64,000 bases of DNA from the human T2T-CHM13v2.0 reference genome, Homo sapiens (GCF_009914755.1 NC_060930.1); one strand, 5' to 3'; shown: positions 45,984 to 63,630, counted from the first letter of the stretch. Notes: generated by a model not told the origin, from the letters alone. Translations and numbers: made by a program.

Positions 45984-46164
45984 TTATGTTTCAGTTTAGC
46001 CATTTAGCCGTGGTATTTCCCAGTGGTCTGGATTGACAGTTTCAGGAAGGAGTAGCACCTTAGAATCTAAACCAGTGACTCACTTTATGAGCTTTTCCAA
46101 ATTACCTCGATAGTCTCACTTCATAAATATGCGTAAGTTTCTGCTCTGTTAATAGTGCTGAATG

Positions 46165-46529
<365 letters not shown>

Positions 46530-49026
46530 TTAATTTCTGGAGAAGTGTATTAGTTTAAGTTCAACTAAAATATCTGCTTAAATATAATTTATGTAGTATA
46601 GGTAAAAACCAATTGCATTCTGATACTTACAAGATTGCTTTTATGTAAACAGCAGCTTTCTGAGTAGCAGAAGGTGGAGAAGTGAGGCAAAAAGAAGGCT
46701 TTTTTCCTTTTCCTATGAGCCTTCCAATGGCAAGAGAATTACCTTGGTAATTACATGGTGGCTAGCATGTGACGGCTACTGCCCGTGCTGGATGTAGATG
46801 CTGGTTAACACACAATAAAACACCAAGGAAGGAAGGAGAGGCAGGGGTTTGTGTGATATCATCAGGGTTTGCTTGAGTTGACAGCCTGAAGCTACCCAGT
46901 CAGGGCTGAATCCCAACAGGAAAGCTAATCATTAGTTTATCAGGATGCAGAGAGGGAGGTAATCAGAAAAGAGAGTAATTCTGTCATTCTTCTGCCCAGA
47001 CTGTTTGCTTTAGCAACATAAAGCTGTGGGTGAGCCTGTGAGCTGTGACTATGAGTTGGTAGCTTTATAGGTATTTAGAAACCCAGGACTGTGGAGGCAG
47101 AAGGGATTTGCTAAGATCCTGTCCTGTTGGAACATCACTCATGGTGACCTTTTTTTTTTTTTAATCTGATAAGGCACATTAGCTCATCTCTCTTTGTATA
47201 AGACATGAATTAGATAATGAATGGCTGCCCAAAGGAAGTGAGGTGGTTATCACACCCTGGGGATTCAAGAGATTATCTGAGGGGTAAAGGTTAATAAAGA
47301 AGGATAATATCCTTTGTTTGATCAACTGTTCCATACTAAGTTCGTTAGAATTCCAGACTGCCTTGATGGCAAATGCTACATAAATGATAAAACTGTGTAT
47401 GTACTAATATTTGACTAGGGAATTTTTTATTCTCCATTTAGTTAAATATTGAGGTCACTTTGTGTTTTTAATAAAATAATTATCAACGATCTATCATTTT
47501 ACACTGTGAAGCTCAATATTTGCTTGCTTAGCCACCATCAATCTGATATAAAAAGTGTAAGAGTTGCAAGTTTTTCTCTCATGACCTGAATCAAAAAGTA
47601 ATTTAGAAAGAGGTCACTGTGTCATTCAACAAATCTTTTTAAAAGCCAAACATATTTTGACCTTTTATTTGGATTTGCTACTTGTTAATTGTTTCAGCAG
47701 CCTTAACTTAGATCCTCTTTGCAGAACATAGCTTCTGTCATCTGTACAAAGCTGTATATGTGAAAATTGAAGGCAAGGAGAAGGTAATTCCAGCTGGCAT
47801 TCCAGTCTGGATCTGCTGTCATAAATTACTTAGCAGAGGGCATGGTTCGTTACTTTTTATGGTCATGTTCTATATTTGTATGTGCTGGGGGGTGGATCAC
47901 ATGACAAAACCATCATTTGATATTAGTGTTTATGTGCACCAACCAGTGAGGGCTCGATTGAAGCTTCACTGTGCAGTACTTTTAATTTGTATATTTAGCT
48001 CTTAATTGAAAATGCAGGCACTTCCATAAGTACTAAAACTACAAATAATCTAAATAAATTTTATATAATTGTCTTTAGGAGAAGACAAACTGCTGTAAAC
48101 CAAGCTAATTGAAATACACTCTGCCTTCCAGAGATTTGAAAACAAAATTTTGAACTAGCTAGTCAACATTGCCAGAATAATAAAGACCAAAGTTTACCAT
48201 TTTCCATTTTTTAGCCCCTCCCCTGATTAGCTGATGTCTGTTTATTTAAGAGGAAAGACATTTTTCAAACTAATCAAGACAGAGGAAAAAAACAGTCTTT
48301 TTTTTTTTTTTTTTTTTTTTTTGTTCTATTCTCCAAATCCGTTCCCCTAGTGCAGCTTCATGCTTAAGTTTATAGTGGCAAACACCTCGAAAATGTCCTT
48401 CTTGTTTGATATTTTTTTCCCATAACTAAACAGGAAAAAAAAAATGGGCATGTCAGGTTTTGGTTCATCCACTGCTTTGAGAACTAGTGTTTCCATATCT
48501 GGAATCGTTTGTTAGATAAATTTGCCTGTAAGTAGTTGCTTCAGATCTTTGTCAGGCCTTGTTCATCTTACATACTGCAGCCCTCTTTAATTTCCTCAAC
48601 TCCATTAATTTATTTTTCAGGCTTTTCTTTCACTAAGTATTTATCGCATGCCTACTCTATAGTAGTCAGAGCACTTAGCACGTCTGCATCTATTATTTCA
48701 TTTGTATGAGAACATACTTTGGAAAATAAGGTCGGGATGATGTTATTTGAACTTCCTCAGCACCTATGTAGTAGTCTCTGTCAAACAACAAGTAACTTCT
48801 GAAATAACTGTTATTTTAGAAACACTTCTACTGTTATTTTTTTGTGCATATTTTCCATCCCCTCAACAAGATTTGCAGAGCCTCAGGGATCTTTAGAGTT
48901 GATATCTCTTTGCTTTTCTGACATATTGTGGTCTTCACAATATTTTTTATTAGATGCCAAGTTTGATGAGAAGAGAGGCTCGGGTTCCGAGTCACTTGTT
49001 TTGTTTGAGGAATAAAAGCTAGGTTC

Positions 49027-49344
<318 letters not shown>

Positions 49345-50897
49345 TTACAGTGGTTCAGGGAAGGGAACTGAGTGAAGGAGGGACATTGTCGTTTGGTGAT
49401 GCTGTTATCTTTTACTGAAAAGGAACTTGATATTTGGAGGTGTATTTGGTAAGGACTTAGTTATCAATTGACAGCATAACTGGTAACATGTAAGTCCTGG
49501 ATCAGCCTTGAAAGAGTATTCCTTATGGGAAATGGGAAGATTAGAGAAGAACAAGCGAGATAGTGTTGGTGAGGCATTTCATTTCAAAGGTTTGTTTCTC
49601 TTACACCCCCTTTTACTAAATGAATGCCTTGGAAGGGACCACGGAATGGTTCATTTCTAGATGTGTGGCGCTAACGATGAGAAATGACGGCAACCAGATT
49701 TGGGTGACAGATGTCGCTCAAGCCTTCAATGATTATAGAATATAGGTTCTGGGAAGAATGTGCTGATTAAATTCACATGGGCTGTGGAGATCCAGCTGGC
49801 CTGATATTTAAATGCTGCTGAAAAATGTTCCAATTAGATGGATTCTTCCCTGTGCAGAGTTTTCATGTAAATTGTGGAAAACGGTACTTTCTTCAGGCAA
49901 TGAAATTGTTGTGAATGTCCAATGTCAGTCCTCTGAAGATGGTAATTATGCAGCTTGAACTACAGAAACTGCAGCGCAGAAGAACTTCAGGGTTTATCCT
50001 GTCTCTGTGCAGATGGAATCTCTATATAGAATAATGACCAACACATCACACAAATTGGATTTAAATGACTTGAACAACAGGAGTCCCATCATTTTCTTTG
50101 GCTGAATATCCTATAGTTGAATGTGTACAGGATTCCTCTTGGATAGTCATAATTGGATTATATTTCCCATACGAGCAGGGTTGTAATTTGAAGCTTCATA
50201 TTTTACCAGCTTGACAGCAAATTAAGCACAGACAGGACAAACTATACATCATACAAACCAAGATACAACTAAAATCTTTCTGATTATTTAAAATGGGAAA
50301 ATGTGGCTCCATGTCCTGTAAAGTGGTTAAAATACAGTGTTTACGTTGATTATAAGAGTTGCTAATGAATTCTAACTGCAGTACAGCTCATAAAAAAGTC
50401 TATATCATAACTTACCTATCTGAAGCTGATGATGGATGGCCATAGTAAATAATCATCAATAATAATTTTATTTGACTCTTTAGAATTTGAAATGTCTTTT
50501 CATAGAAAAGCACTGGACCACCCATATTTTTAAAATGTTTTTTGTGATTAAGTGAGAGCTCTTGTCTTTTCCTCTCTTGACAGCATTTCTCTGGCCTGGA
50601 CAGATATGTTCAAAATCATTCTGTAATTCTCTAATACCACGCTTGAGATTGGATTATCTTTTTCAGAAGTAACAATCAAAGAATCACAGCATTCTGAGGC
50701 TGTACCCAGGAGTGCACTGGGGAGGGCTCCCTTGGCACTGGTCTTTTCATTCAACTTTTCTTTGTTCTGCCATCTCCCAAGGCTTAAATGGGAAAAGGAG
50801 AAAGACGAGAACAACGGGAAGTATGTGAGGAGAGAGGATAGAGAAAGATAATCCTATCCCTGTGGCTTGTCAGTTAGAATGAGGGAGGGAGTTGTGA

Positions 50898-51284
<387 letters not shown>

Positions 51285-52094
51285 CTTATTTTCTTCTTTC
51301 TTTCTCCATCTTTTGCAGCCTCCAAGGCAGGGAAGCTGAAGTGTAGGTGTTAATTAGTAGCAAGGCAGTAATGAAAAGAGTGTAACTGTGAGATGCAGGG
51401 CTGCCTGCGCTGTTACAGCATGTCATCCGGCCACTTTCATTTCCTTGACTTATTTTTGCACCTTTATTTTGAGTCAGGTTACCCTAAACTTAGTTGTTTC
51501 CTTTACATTGACTATCTGTGTCCAGTGCTCATAACGAGTGCTCAACAGGAGACAAAATGAATAAACCATCCAAAACCAGCCAGACCCCAGATATTTAAGA
51601 TGATTAAGATCTTTTCCCAAGATCACTTATTAAATGAGTCTCTGAAAACCTCCTCTTGTCTTTCTGTCTGTGGAAAGTCAACCCTAATTACTTTTTACAG
51701 TAAGAGAAACTCAAGGAGTCTGGAAGAGGGTTTCCTCCCCATATTTAGGGGATGCACAGAGGAGATTCATACTTAACAAGATCATCATTGAAACCTCCCC
51801 ATAATTATGTCCTGACCTATCGATTGCTTGTGAAAAAACTATTGTTCCCATGTATATAAGGAATAGCATAGATCTTTGTGATTAATTTTGGGGGAAGATC
51901 TATTTTTCTTGAAAAGAAACTGTGATTTAAATGTAATCCTGTCATTTAGGTTGTTTCATGTAACTGTTAGTTTCTTCTTAATGATTACAATTTTTAACTT
52001 TGCTTCTGTTCTTTGTTTAGTTGTTCAGGTATGTCCTAAACAGAGTTTTAACTTATATAATTACTAACTTTACTTCTTGCATTTTCCACTTTTC

Positions 52095-52178
52095 ATATAT
52101 ATGAAATATATATAATATATATAAATATATTAATTATATATCATTAATAATAATTATGTATAATATATAAAATTTTAT
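52095..52178. repeat. AT-rich (TA)-like low complexity
   Basis: Seen directly. Confidence 0.85.
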
Positions 52179-52241
52179 GTTGCTTGGGTCATAAACATTT
52201 ACTCTTTTAGATAGGCTGTATCTATTGCAATCCTATAATGA

Positions 52242-52557
<316 letters not shown>

Positions 52558-53298
52558 TCTCAATTACTTTTTATTCAGAATACTTTTTTAATCTGATAAC
52601 ATTATAAATATCCCTTTTCGTGTTGTTGTGACCTCCTACCTTCCCTAGGACCTTATCTAATCAATCATTTCCTTCTTTCTCTCCCTACTGGATCCTTCTG
52701 TTTAGTCTACAAGCCAAATGAGTTTTCTCTGTTTAAAAAAACCAAACCAAACAAAACAAAAACAACTTCCTTCACTGCCTAAAATGTCTCTGTCCTCCTC
52801 TTTACTGCCAGCCTTCTTAGGAACACTCTGTCCTCCCTGATGTCATGTCCTCACTTCCCTGTCACTTTTTAATCTCCTGTCCTCTGTCTTTCCTCCTTAT
52901 CATTTGACCAAAAAAGACTTTCCCAGTGCCCTGCTTGCTTCTTAATTGTCCTCATTCCATTCAGCCTCCTTGAAGAATTTTTACTGCTGACCATCACCCT
53001 CCTCAAAGTTTTTCCTTCTCTTGGGTAATAACACTATGCTTTCTGTCTGTTTTACTTCATTTCTTGCTCTGACTTCTCTTCTTCCCTCTATCCCTTAAGT
53101 GTACATATTCCTTTAAGATTCATTCTATGTCATCAGAAGAGGACTTTCTCAAACCTGGTCTCTCCCCTGTCAGTTTCATCCGTTCCCATGGTGGGGTCCG
53201 TCACTCATCTGCTGGTGGTGCCCACTGTACGTCTCCAGCTGAAGGCTCTTGCTCCACGGCCCTGGGCATGGGTGTCCTCCAGGAGCTCAAATGCAGTG

Positions 53299-53359
53299 CG
53301 TCTGTACCACACACACACCTGTACGTGTGTGTACACACACGTCTGTACCACACACACCT
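53299..53359. repeat. Direct repeat flanking a perfect 20-nt palindrome
   Basis: CGTCTGTACCACACACAC twice; ACGTGTGTGTACACACACGT at 53323-53342. Confidence 0.9.
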
Positions 53360-53562
53360 CCTCCAAATGCTGGGCTCCCTCATTCTTTCTCCCAGTTGAT
53401 GGAACCTCAAGCCACACTGTCTCTTGAACCAGAACTCCTAAGTCCTTGTGACCCCTCCTTTCCTCCACGCCTCACATCCAGCTGATCTCTGAGTCCTGAT
53501 GATGCCCTAACCAGGAGAATCTATGGGATGTGAAAACTTCACTTCATTCCCATTTGCTCTAA

Positions 53563-54025
<463 letters not shown>

Positions 54026-54876
54026 TTAATTTTTTTAATATAAGGGTATTACAAGCTTGCTTTTTAAAAATCTGTGAAATGAAGAAAAGAGAAGAAAAAC
54101 AATCCCACCACTCTCTGACAGACACTACAGTATGGCCTCTTCAACCAGTCTCTGTCTCAAAGCTTCCGCTCCTCCAGCCTGTCTTCCATTCTTATCATCG
54201 TAACTGTTGCTACAAAACAAACCAAACAAGCAGAAAACAAAGCAAATCAGGAATGCTGCCATAATCCGTTGCCTATGCAATCAGTTCCAGACTACAGAGG
54301 ATGACAGTCAAGGCCCTTTGCAACTTATTTCAGCCTCTGAGTCCTCTCCTCCAAAACTTCTCCCCCACAGCAAATCCATTATCCCAATCACATTGGACAA
54401 CACAAGTGCTATGAACATGTATAATGTGACTATGCAAGGGCCCAAAATGTCCATCCTTCTCTTCCTAATCTGTATATTTTTCATTTTAACAGGTGTAGTG
54501 TATTCCATAATTTGATTAGCTAGGCTTGGAGACACCAAGAACTGCTTTCTCTAAAGCTCAAAGGCCAACGAGGGCAAAAGATAAACCTAAACCTGGTATA
54601 TTGTAATAAGGGCATTGTAATAAGTATTGAGCTGTTGGGGGGCCCTAGGTAGCAGTCCTGAACACTGCATAGGGATTGGGGAGTTGGAGAAGAGGTCACA
54701 AGGAAGGGGCCCCTTGAACTGGGACTTGCAAGAGAAGCAGGATTCATGCATGAGAAATTGCGCCTGACAAATGGAAGCGCCTGAAGTGTCTTTGCTCTGG
54801 TATTCACACAAACAGATTCAATCTCAGTCCATTCTCCCCCACCCCATCTGCCAAGATGACTTGGTGCTAAATGTGG

Positions 54877-55058
54877 TTTTTTTGGTTTTTTTTTTTTTTT
54901 TTTTGAGACAGAGTTTGCTCTTTTTGCCCAGGCTGGAGTGCAATGGCACAATCTCGGCTCACTGCAACCTCCGCCTCCTGATTTCAAGTGATTCTCCTGC
55001 CTCAGCCTCCTGCCTGAGTAGCTGGGATTACAGGTGCACACCACCACACCTGGCTAAT

Positions 55059-55090
<32 letters not shown>

Positions 55091-55201
55091 AGTAGAGACA
55101 GGGTTTCACCGTGTTGGCCAGGCTGGTCTAGAACTCCTGACCTCAGGTGACCTCGGCTTCTCAAAGTGCTGGGATTACAGGTGTGAGCCACTGCACCCAG
55201 C
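54877..55201 (-). mobile_element. AluS-type with expanded middle T tract and a short deletion
   Basis: Alu consensus. Confidence 0.88.
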
Positions 55202-55234
55202 ATAAATATGTATGTTTTTTAAACAAGATTGTTG

Positions 55235-56250
55235 AATTTTATTTTTTAATCCAGTCAATTACTTTCTAATTCTTTTTAATAAGCAAGTTTAGGCTGTTCA
55301 CATGTGCTTTTTGATATGTTATTTGTCCTGAAGCCCAAGTAAATGTATGTTTATTGTAGTCGTTCTTGCTTTTTCTTTTAATTTCTGTGGTTTTTATGGC
55401 AGATTTTAAACTCTATCTCTTTCTGAACTTGGCCAAAGGATAACCTTAAGTAGGCTGATGTTAACATTTTAACAATAATATATTCCAGAAAAACCATTTT
55501 AACTGCTTCTATTTATTTCAATTAACTAAGTAAACTTGGATTCTTTTCTAGGAAACAAAAAAAACTTTTGTTCATCTTCAGCTGTTCATTATTTGTAATT
55601 ATTATCTGAGATCCTTTTTGAGATTCTGCTAATACCTGATAGTTCCAAGAATTTACTTGCTAATTTACTAACCATTTCCATTATATTCTATTAATCTTTG
55701 CATAACATTCTGATTCATTTGTTTCTCAAGTATGTCCTTATAAATCTCTGTCTAGTTTTGTTTCCTACAGTGGCAAAATGGATACATTTCTATGTGACAC
55801 ACTTTTCATATTTTTAATTGGTCAATTTTTCTAAGTCTGAAAATATCCTTCTCTGCCTTCAAAGAGCAAAATGACCCTGGGCAAGTACCTTCTCTTGGCC
55901 TTGTCATAGCTTTTCCACCCCATCCTCCCCTCCTCCAAAGTCTAAGGAGAGAAATCTAATTAGTATTCCATGTCATTAAATACCAGCTCTCTTTACCTGT
56001 GATCACTTTAAAGCTTTGCCTTGGCCTTTCTATTTCTTTAAGGTGACAGACATGCATATGTAGGGGAGTTCGGGCATGGGAAGTCACCCACCACTGAGTG
56101 AGTGGCTTTCTCTGGATTCTCATGATGTTCGTGCCAAAATTCTATTTCAGTTCAATAAATTTTCTGTTATCTCTGTTCCTAATTTTATACTCATCACGAT
56201 CCTTTCCTTTCTGTCCTTCAAAGCTTGAGCTTCCTTATTCTGTTTTGTAG
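55235..56250 (-). mobile_element. Ancient HAL1/L1M-like fragments
   Basis: T-rich, resembles the antisense of L1 ORF1-like sequence; weak. Confidence 0.4.
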
Positions 56251-56251
56251 G

Positions 56252-57015
<764 letters not shown>

Positions 57016-57873
57016 CTAGATTTGTCAGGCATTGTTCTATTGTTATTATCTGTGTAATGCAGGCGTCATTTGGGCCAGTTGTTTAGCGTGTCCTGGCTTA
57101 CGCCATCACATATTCCTCTGTACCAATAACTGCTTCTTCTCTCTCTCTCTTTGGAAGCTTTCATCGTGAGCCCATTCAGACCTGCTCAGGTGGAGAGTTC
57201 CAGGCCCATTTGCCCCTTTAAGTTGCAAAAGTGTGTTTTCATAGGAGTCAGGCTGCCAGTTGGTGGGGTTTCATTTATTCGATTTCTTTATTGTTTATGA
57301 AGCCTATCATACTGTGTTTGTTGTGTCTTGTTTTCTTATTTTCTAAAATCTTACAGATAACAATACAAGGAGGGATTACCATCTGTAAAACTCCTTCCCA
57401 AAAGTGCAGGGTACATAGATAGCATTCAGCAATTTTCTTGATTTCTTTTTTTTCCTCCATTGTTTTCCTGTCTAATTTTTGTGGACAGTCATATGAAAAT
57501 CTCGGTGACTTCCTGAGACTTCACGTGCACACGTAGAACTGACGTAAAAATGAAGGAGCGGCATTGGTGTGCATTTGGTCACACTCCAGGGAGACATACC
57601 CAGATTAGACCAACTCCTCAGGGTGCAGACAAGGTGACGTCAAAGGACACAGTTGGACTGGGATTCATTCTTACAATGGGATAAGGCAGGGCTTAGGCCC
57701 CTGTGAGAAAGAACCAAGTACTGGTTCCTAAAGGAAAGGTATGAAAGACGGGAATGCAAACCCTCATGGAGCCCCAGGGCCCCTTGATAGAGAATTCTCA
57801 CATGCCCAGCTCCACCACTGTGCCACAAAGCCTTCCAGAAGCCCAACCATCAAGGCTGCTGAGAGATTCCTCT

Positions 57874-57927
57874 CCCCGGCGTGGCTGACAGGGGTGTTTT
57901 CCCCGGCATGGCTGACGGGGTTGTTTT
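57874..57927 (+). repeat. 27-nt tandem duplication
   Basis: ccccggcgtggctgacaggggtgtttt / ccccggcatggctgacggggttgtttt. Confidence 0.9.
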
Positions 57928-58180
57928 CACACCAGGAGCCACCAGCCCACTGCTCAGTGATAAGGAGCACTCATGAACTCTGCACACGAGCACCCTGAAA
58001 AAACCCAGAGGAGCTTGCCCTGGATAGAGCCCCATAGGTTCTCTCCTGTGTGCTTCTTGTCTGTTTCTGGTCACTTCTGCTTGGAGTTGTGTGAGTCCAG
58101 TGAGAAGAGTCCCAGAGAGCAGAGTGGCAACTGCTACACTCCCAAGCTTATGTCCTTGGTCTGCCAGCCTGAGATGAGAA

Positions 58181-58303
58181 CTATTTTTGCAGACCAAAAT
58201 GAAAGACCACGGACTCCCTTTTTTGTTTTTTCTTTGCAGACCAAAATCAAAGACGGATGGACTCTATTTTTTTGGCAGACCGAAATCAAAGATGATGGGC
58301 TCC
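58181..58303 (+). repeat. Three imperfect copies of a ~32-nt unit
   Basis: tttgcagaccaaaatcaaagac..ggactc, three times, with T-rich linkers. Confidence 0.85.
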
Positions 58304-60175
58304 ATTCATTTCCTTTCCAGAGCTCTTCCCTGATAGCGAAGATGTTGTGGGCAGAGAAAGATAGAAAAGAATCATTTCCATAGCAGTTGCACGAGTCTGC
58401 GTCTGTGTATTCAGTGCTTGGGTGGCTCCCCCTTCTCACGCAAGGCCTTGTCACAAGCTCCTGTGTCATGAATTGTTGGAACCTGCAGCCTGGCTCAAAT
58501 GACCACAGGGGTGCCTCTTTGTCAGACATACGCTGTGCATCTGGCGGCATCATGAGGGTAATGTGATATGGCTCACAATTTTAATTTTAACAAAAAAATA
58601 CATCTGTCAGACTCATTTCAGCTGACAGGATAAATATCATATTTCATTGCCAGTTTGTAAACACCTCACTTTTCATCTCTATCTGACATGTTTCCTGGGT
58701 GGTTTACAAATTGAAAAATCAAATGGAATACATTTGGGGCCGAGCATGTATGCTATGTCAGTCAAGTCTGAGGGTAGTGTTTATATGGAGCCGGGTCCGT
58801 GCAAGCAATACAGAGGTGGCTGACCAGGAAATGTGACAGTGGCAGATTTGTCTTATGTAGAATTGCCTATAGTAAGAAAACCCAGTAGAGAAAGTGGTTT
58901 TGAGACCATTCGGCAGCTGCTTTGGACACCTGGAGCCATTTCTTTTACAGATGAAGATGCATTGTGTCATTGTCTCAGGATCCTCGTCCTGTTGCTTCTC
59001 TGGCCACAAATTGTTCTTTACCAAAGATGATTTTATTTCACTGTCTTTGAAAATCATTCTTTATAGGTAGAATATGAAGATTCTCTGAAATGATTCCAAA
59101 ATGCCAAACTCAAACACTATTGTCCGATTTCTTTACTTGCAACAAGAGAGTAGAAGGGACAGTATTTGTTTTGTGATGTTGGGGCGTTCATCAGGGAGAG
59201 AATTTGAGATAAGTAGAATAGCAAATAGAAATAGTGAAATAACTAGATTCCCAGTCCTGGGTTTTTTTTTTCTCAGTCCTGTTATAAACAGTACTGATGG
59301 CATTTTATGTGAATATTTATGAGGGACCTTTTAATTAAAGGATCTCAAAATTCTCTTATCACCTGTTAGTTAATTTTCACAATGTCATGCTAGAGTGCGT
59401 GCATAGTAATGTTATATGCCAAGTACAGATGGAGAGATCAAAGCCTGCAGATGTTCAGTTACAGAACTTGCCAAGAACCTGCAGTGATCAACTGGGCTTT
59501 TTCCAGCCTGGGGCACCAGCCTCTGGTTACCGGTGCCACCCGGCTTTCCCCAGCTTGGTAACCAGTGAGAATCAGGTCTAGGGCTAGCTGGAAAACGACA
59601 GGAATGGTGACTTTGGACTCACCCCAACCCTTTCCTGCCATGTGAACTCCCACCTCCCACCCACTCATCTTCCTTTCTTGTCAGTCTGTTTATTACTCTG
59701 AGCTGATTTCCACTGACCCCAGAAAAGGATTAATTGATAACTACAGGGGTTAGTAATTATTGACAAGGTCACACTTTTCCAAAAAATATATGCATTTTCA
59801 AATGGAAATCTAAATGCCAGCCAGGTCTTCCCCAGGCTTGGCTTCCTGCTGTCCTGCTTCAAATACTCTTTTCCTTCATTGTTAGGAACGAGAGATGCAT
59901 AAGAACCTTCTACAGAAGTAGCCCTCAAACTACCTCTCCATGGCAGGCTCTGCCAAGCCACCACTTAGCGCAGAGGCTTCTGAGGATGAGGAGGGGAAGG
60001 ATGGAATGGAAGAAGGACATCCTGTTTGTGTTCCCACAATCCACAGCACTATAACTCTCAAAGGGTGAAACAGTGAACATTGGGTGTACCAATTCTGAAA
60101 GCCTAAAGTCCCTCATACACAACAATCACCTATAATATATTTGTGGCCAAACATGTTCTAAAATCCAGTAAAATA

Positions 60176-60300
60176 AGCCAGGCATGGTGGCATGCACCTG
60201 TAGTCCCAGCTATCTGGGAGGCTGAGGTCGGAGGACCCCTTGAGTCTTGGAGTTTGAGGCCAGACTGGGCAACATAGCAAGACCCCATCTCTCAAAAAAA
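60176..60300 (+). mobile_element. FLAM-like Alu monomer
   Basis: Single left monomer with A tail. Confidence 0.8.
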
Positions 60301-60435
60301 TACGTTAAACAAACCAATGAGATAGAAAAACTCTGCAAAATCTTGGGAAGTAGAATTCAAGGAAGTTGTGACAGTTGATAATTTAAGCTCAAGCAAATTT
60401 TCTCAAGGGAAAAACCTAGATAAATAATTGACAGT

Positions 60436-60771
<336 letters not shown>

Positions 60772-61566
60772 TCATAAGACAATCGAGATTATTCTTTAGA
60801 AATCAGCCTCAAAATACCATTGATTAGATGTTTAAAGCCTAGGGATCTAAACATGTTTTCTCTTACCCACTGTTACTGTAATCCAAAGGCCAACTGAAGT
60901 CACCCTTCCACTTAGGATCCAGTAAGATGTGCTGGAACCCTCATTCCGTGTCCTGTGGACATGCCAGGATATCTGGAAGTGCTCACACAACACACCGTCA
61001 CGGTCACCCCCGGCTTCCAGGCCCAGCCACTGCAGAGGACTCAGCTGTGTCTTTTCTGCTCATGGAGCCCTGCAGTTCTCCTTGATTGCATTGGCAGGAG
61101 GCAGTTGCAGTTTTAATAGCAACCTCCAAGCAAGGAACTCAGAATCATCCTCTGTGTCCCCCACTGCCATCACTTTTCTTGCTCACCTCATTCATTAACT
61201 CAGCACTTAATTGCTGAGCACGTACTATGTGCCAGGTGCTGAAGATACTGAAGAAAAGAAGCCATCCTCGTGCCTGCTGGAAGCCCTGTCCCTTACCTGC
61301 CTTTCGGAGCCATCTCCTTCTCCCATCCCCCTTGCTGTGGACGTCCCCAGTCGCTTATCAAGCCCCTGAGAAACACTCCCAATTGGTATCTGCTCTGACT
61401 TGGTGCTGTCCCCCTTTCCCTGCCTCTGACTCTCTCCTCCCTGACAGGTCAGTTATTCTAAACTTCCAACTAGGCCACTGCTCTGCATTAAATCCTCTCA
61501 GAGCTCCCCAAGAGCAAATGCCTGTCTGGCTCAGCAGCCTCATCACCCAGAATGCCACCAGGTGGG

Positions 61567-62320
<754 letters not shown>

Positions 62321-62719
62321 TGATTCTTACTCCATGCCATTCAGGAAAATTTGTTGTTTCCTGAGCATAGCTTGGCTTTGTGCTCTTTTTGGTATCTTTT
62401 TCTGCTGTTCTCTCAGCCTTCCCCTTCAGATTTCTTCTCATCCATAAGTAATAAGCAAACACCTCCCTTCTGGATTGTCCTACCTGGTGCAACCCACAGT
62501 CAGACCAGCAGCCTCACAAGCCCTCGATGGCTTGGTCCCACAGCCCCACTGTAACCATTTGTTCCTGTGACCATCTCATTCATCTTTGAATAGCTCAGGG
62601 CCAGGAAAATGGTAATTGTGATAAATTAGTCATTTATTGTAATTCTTCAGTGAATTTCACATCTTGGTTTTAAAAAAAAACACACTCATATCACAAGCCC
62701 ACATTCAGCTCAGAGACAA

Positions 62720-62850
62720 ATGTTAAATCGGCCTCAACCTCAGTTTCCTCTGCTGAAAAATGAGGATAATAATACTGAATTACAAAGTCACTAAGAGAAT
62801 TAGCATCTATCTTTGTGGAAGCCATAGTTTCAATCACATCAGAGCATCTC
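62720..62850 (+). mobile_element. MIR fragment
   Basis: cctcagtttcctc...aaaatgaggataataata. Confidence 0.65.
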
Positions 62851-63264
62851 CTTATAGAGCTGCAGTTTGTGTTAGTTCTGTTGTCATCAAAGTTTGCACG
62901 CGAAGTTAGCACACTTGGTCTTGAATTATACCCTCTGGACATCTAAGGGATTCATGAACATGAACATGGTGCACCTGCTGCTTCATATCTGTTCCACGAG
63001 GTGGATATTCTCTCAGTTAATAAGGGGCAGAGTCAAGACTAAAATCCAAGACTGACTCTGATGCCCATGCTGTGTGGAAACTCCACTGTGCTGAGGGGTC
63101 TGTGCTGGCAGGACGTCCTACCATTACCCGTTTTGCCTTTGGCCCACTCCGGCAAACACAGGAAAATACCTCCACCAGAAAGTCTACAAACTAACTTTCC
63201 TTCCAAAATTAATAAAATTGATGGCCACCATGAGCCACAGAGAAACTACCTTTAAAGAAAATCA

Positions 63265-63630
<366 letters not shown>

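Noticed and set aside
58181-58303. Repeat-spacer-like pattern
   Set aside because: Not CRISPR: human DNA, three degenerate units, T-rich irregular linkers and no cas genes.
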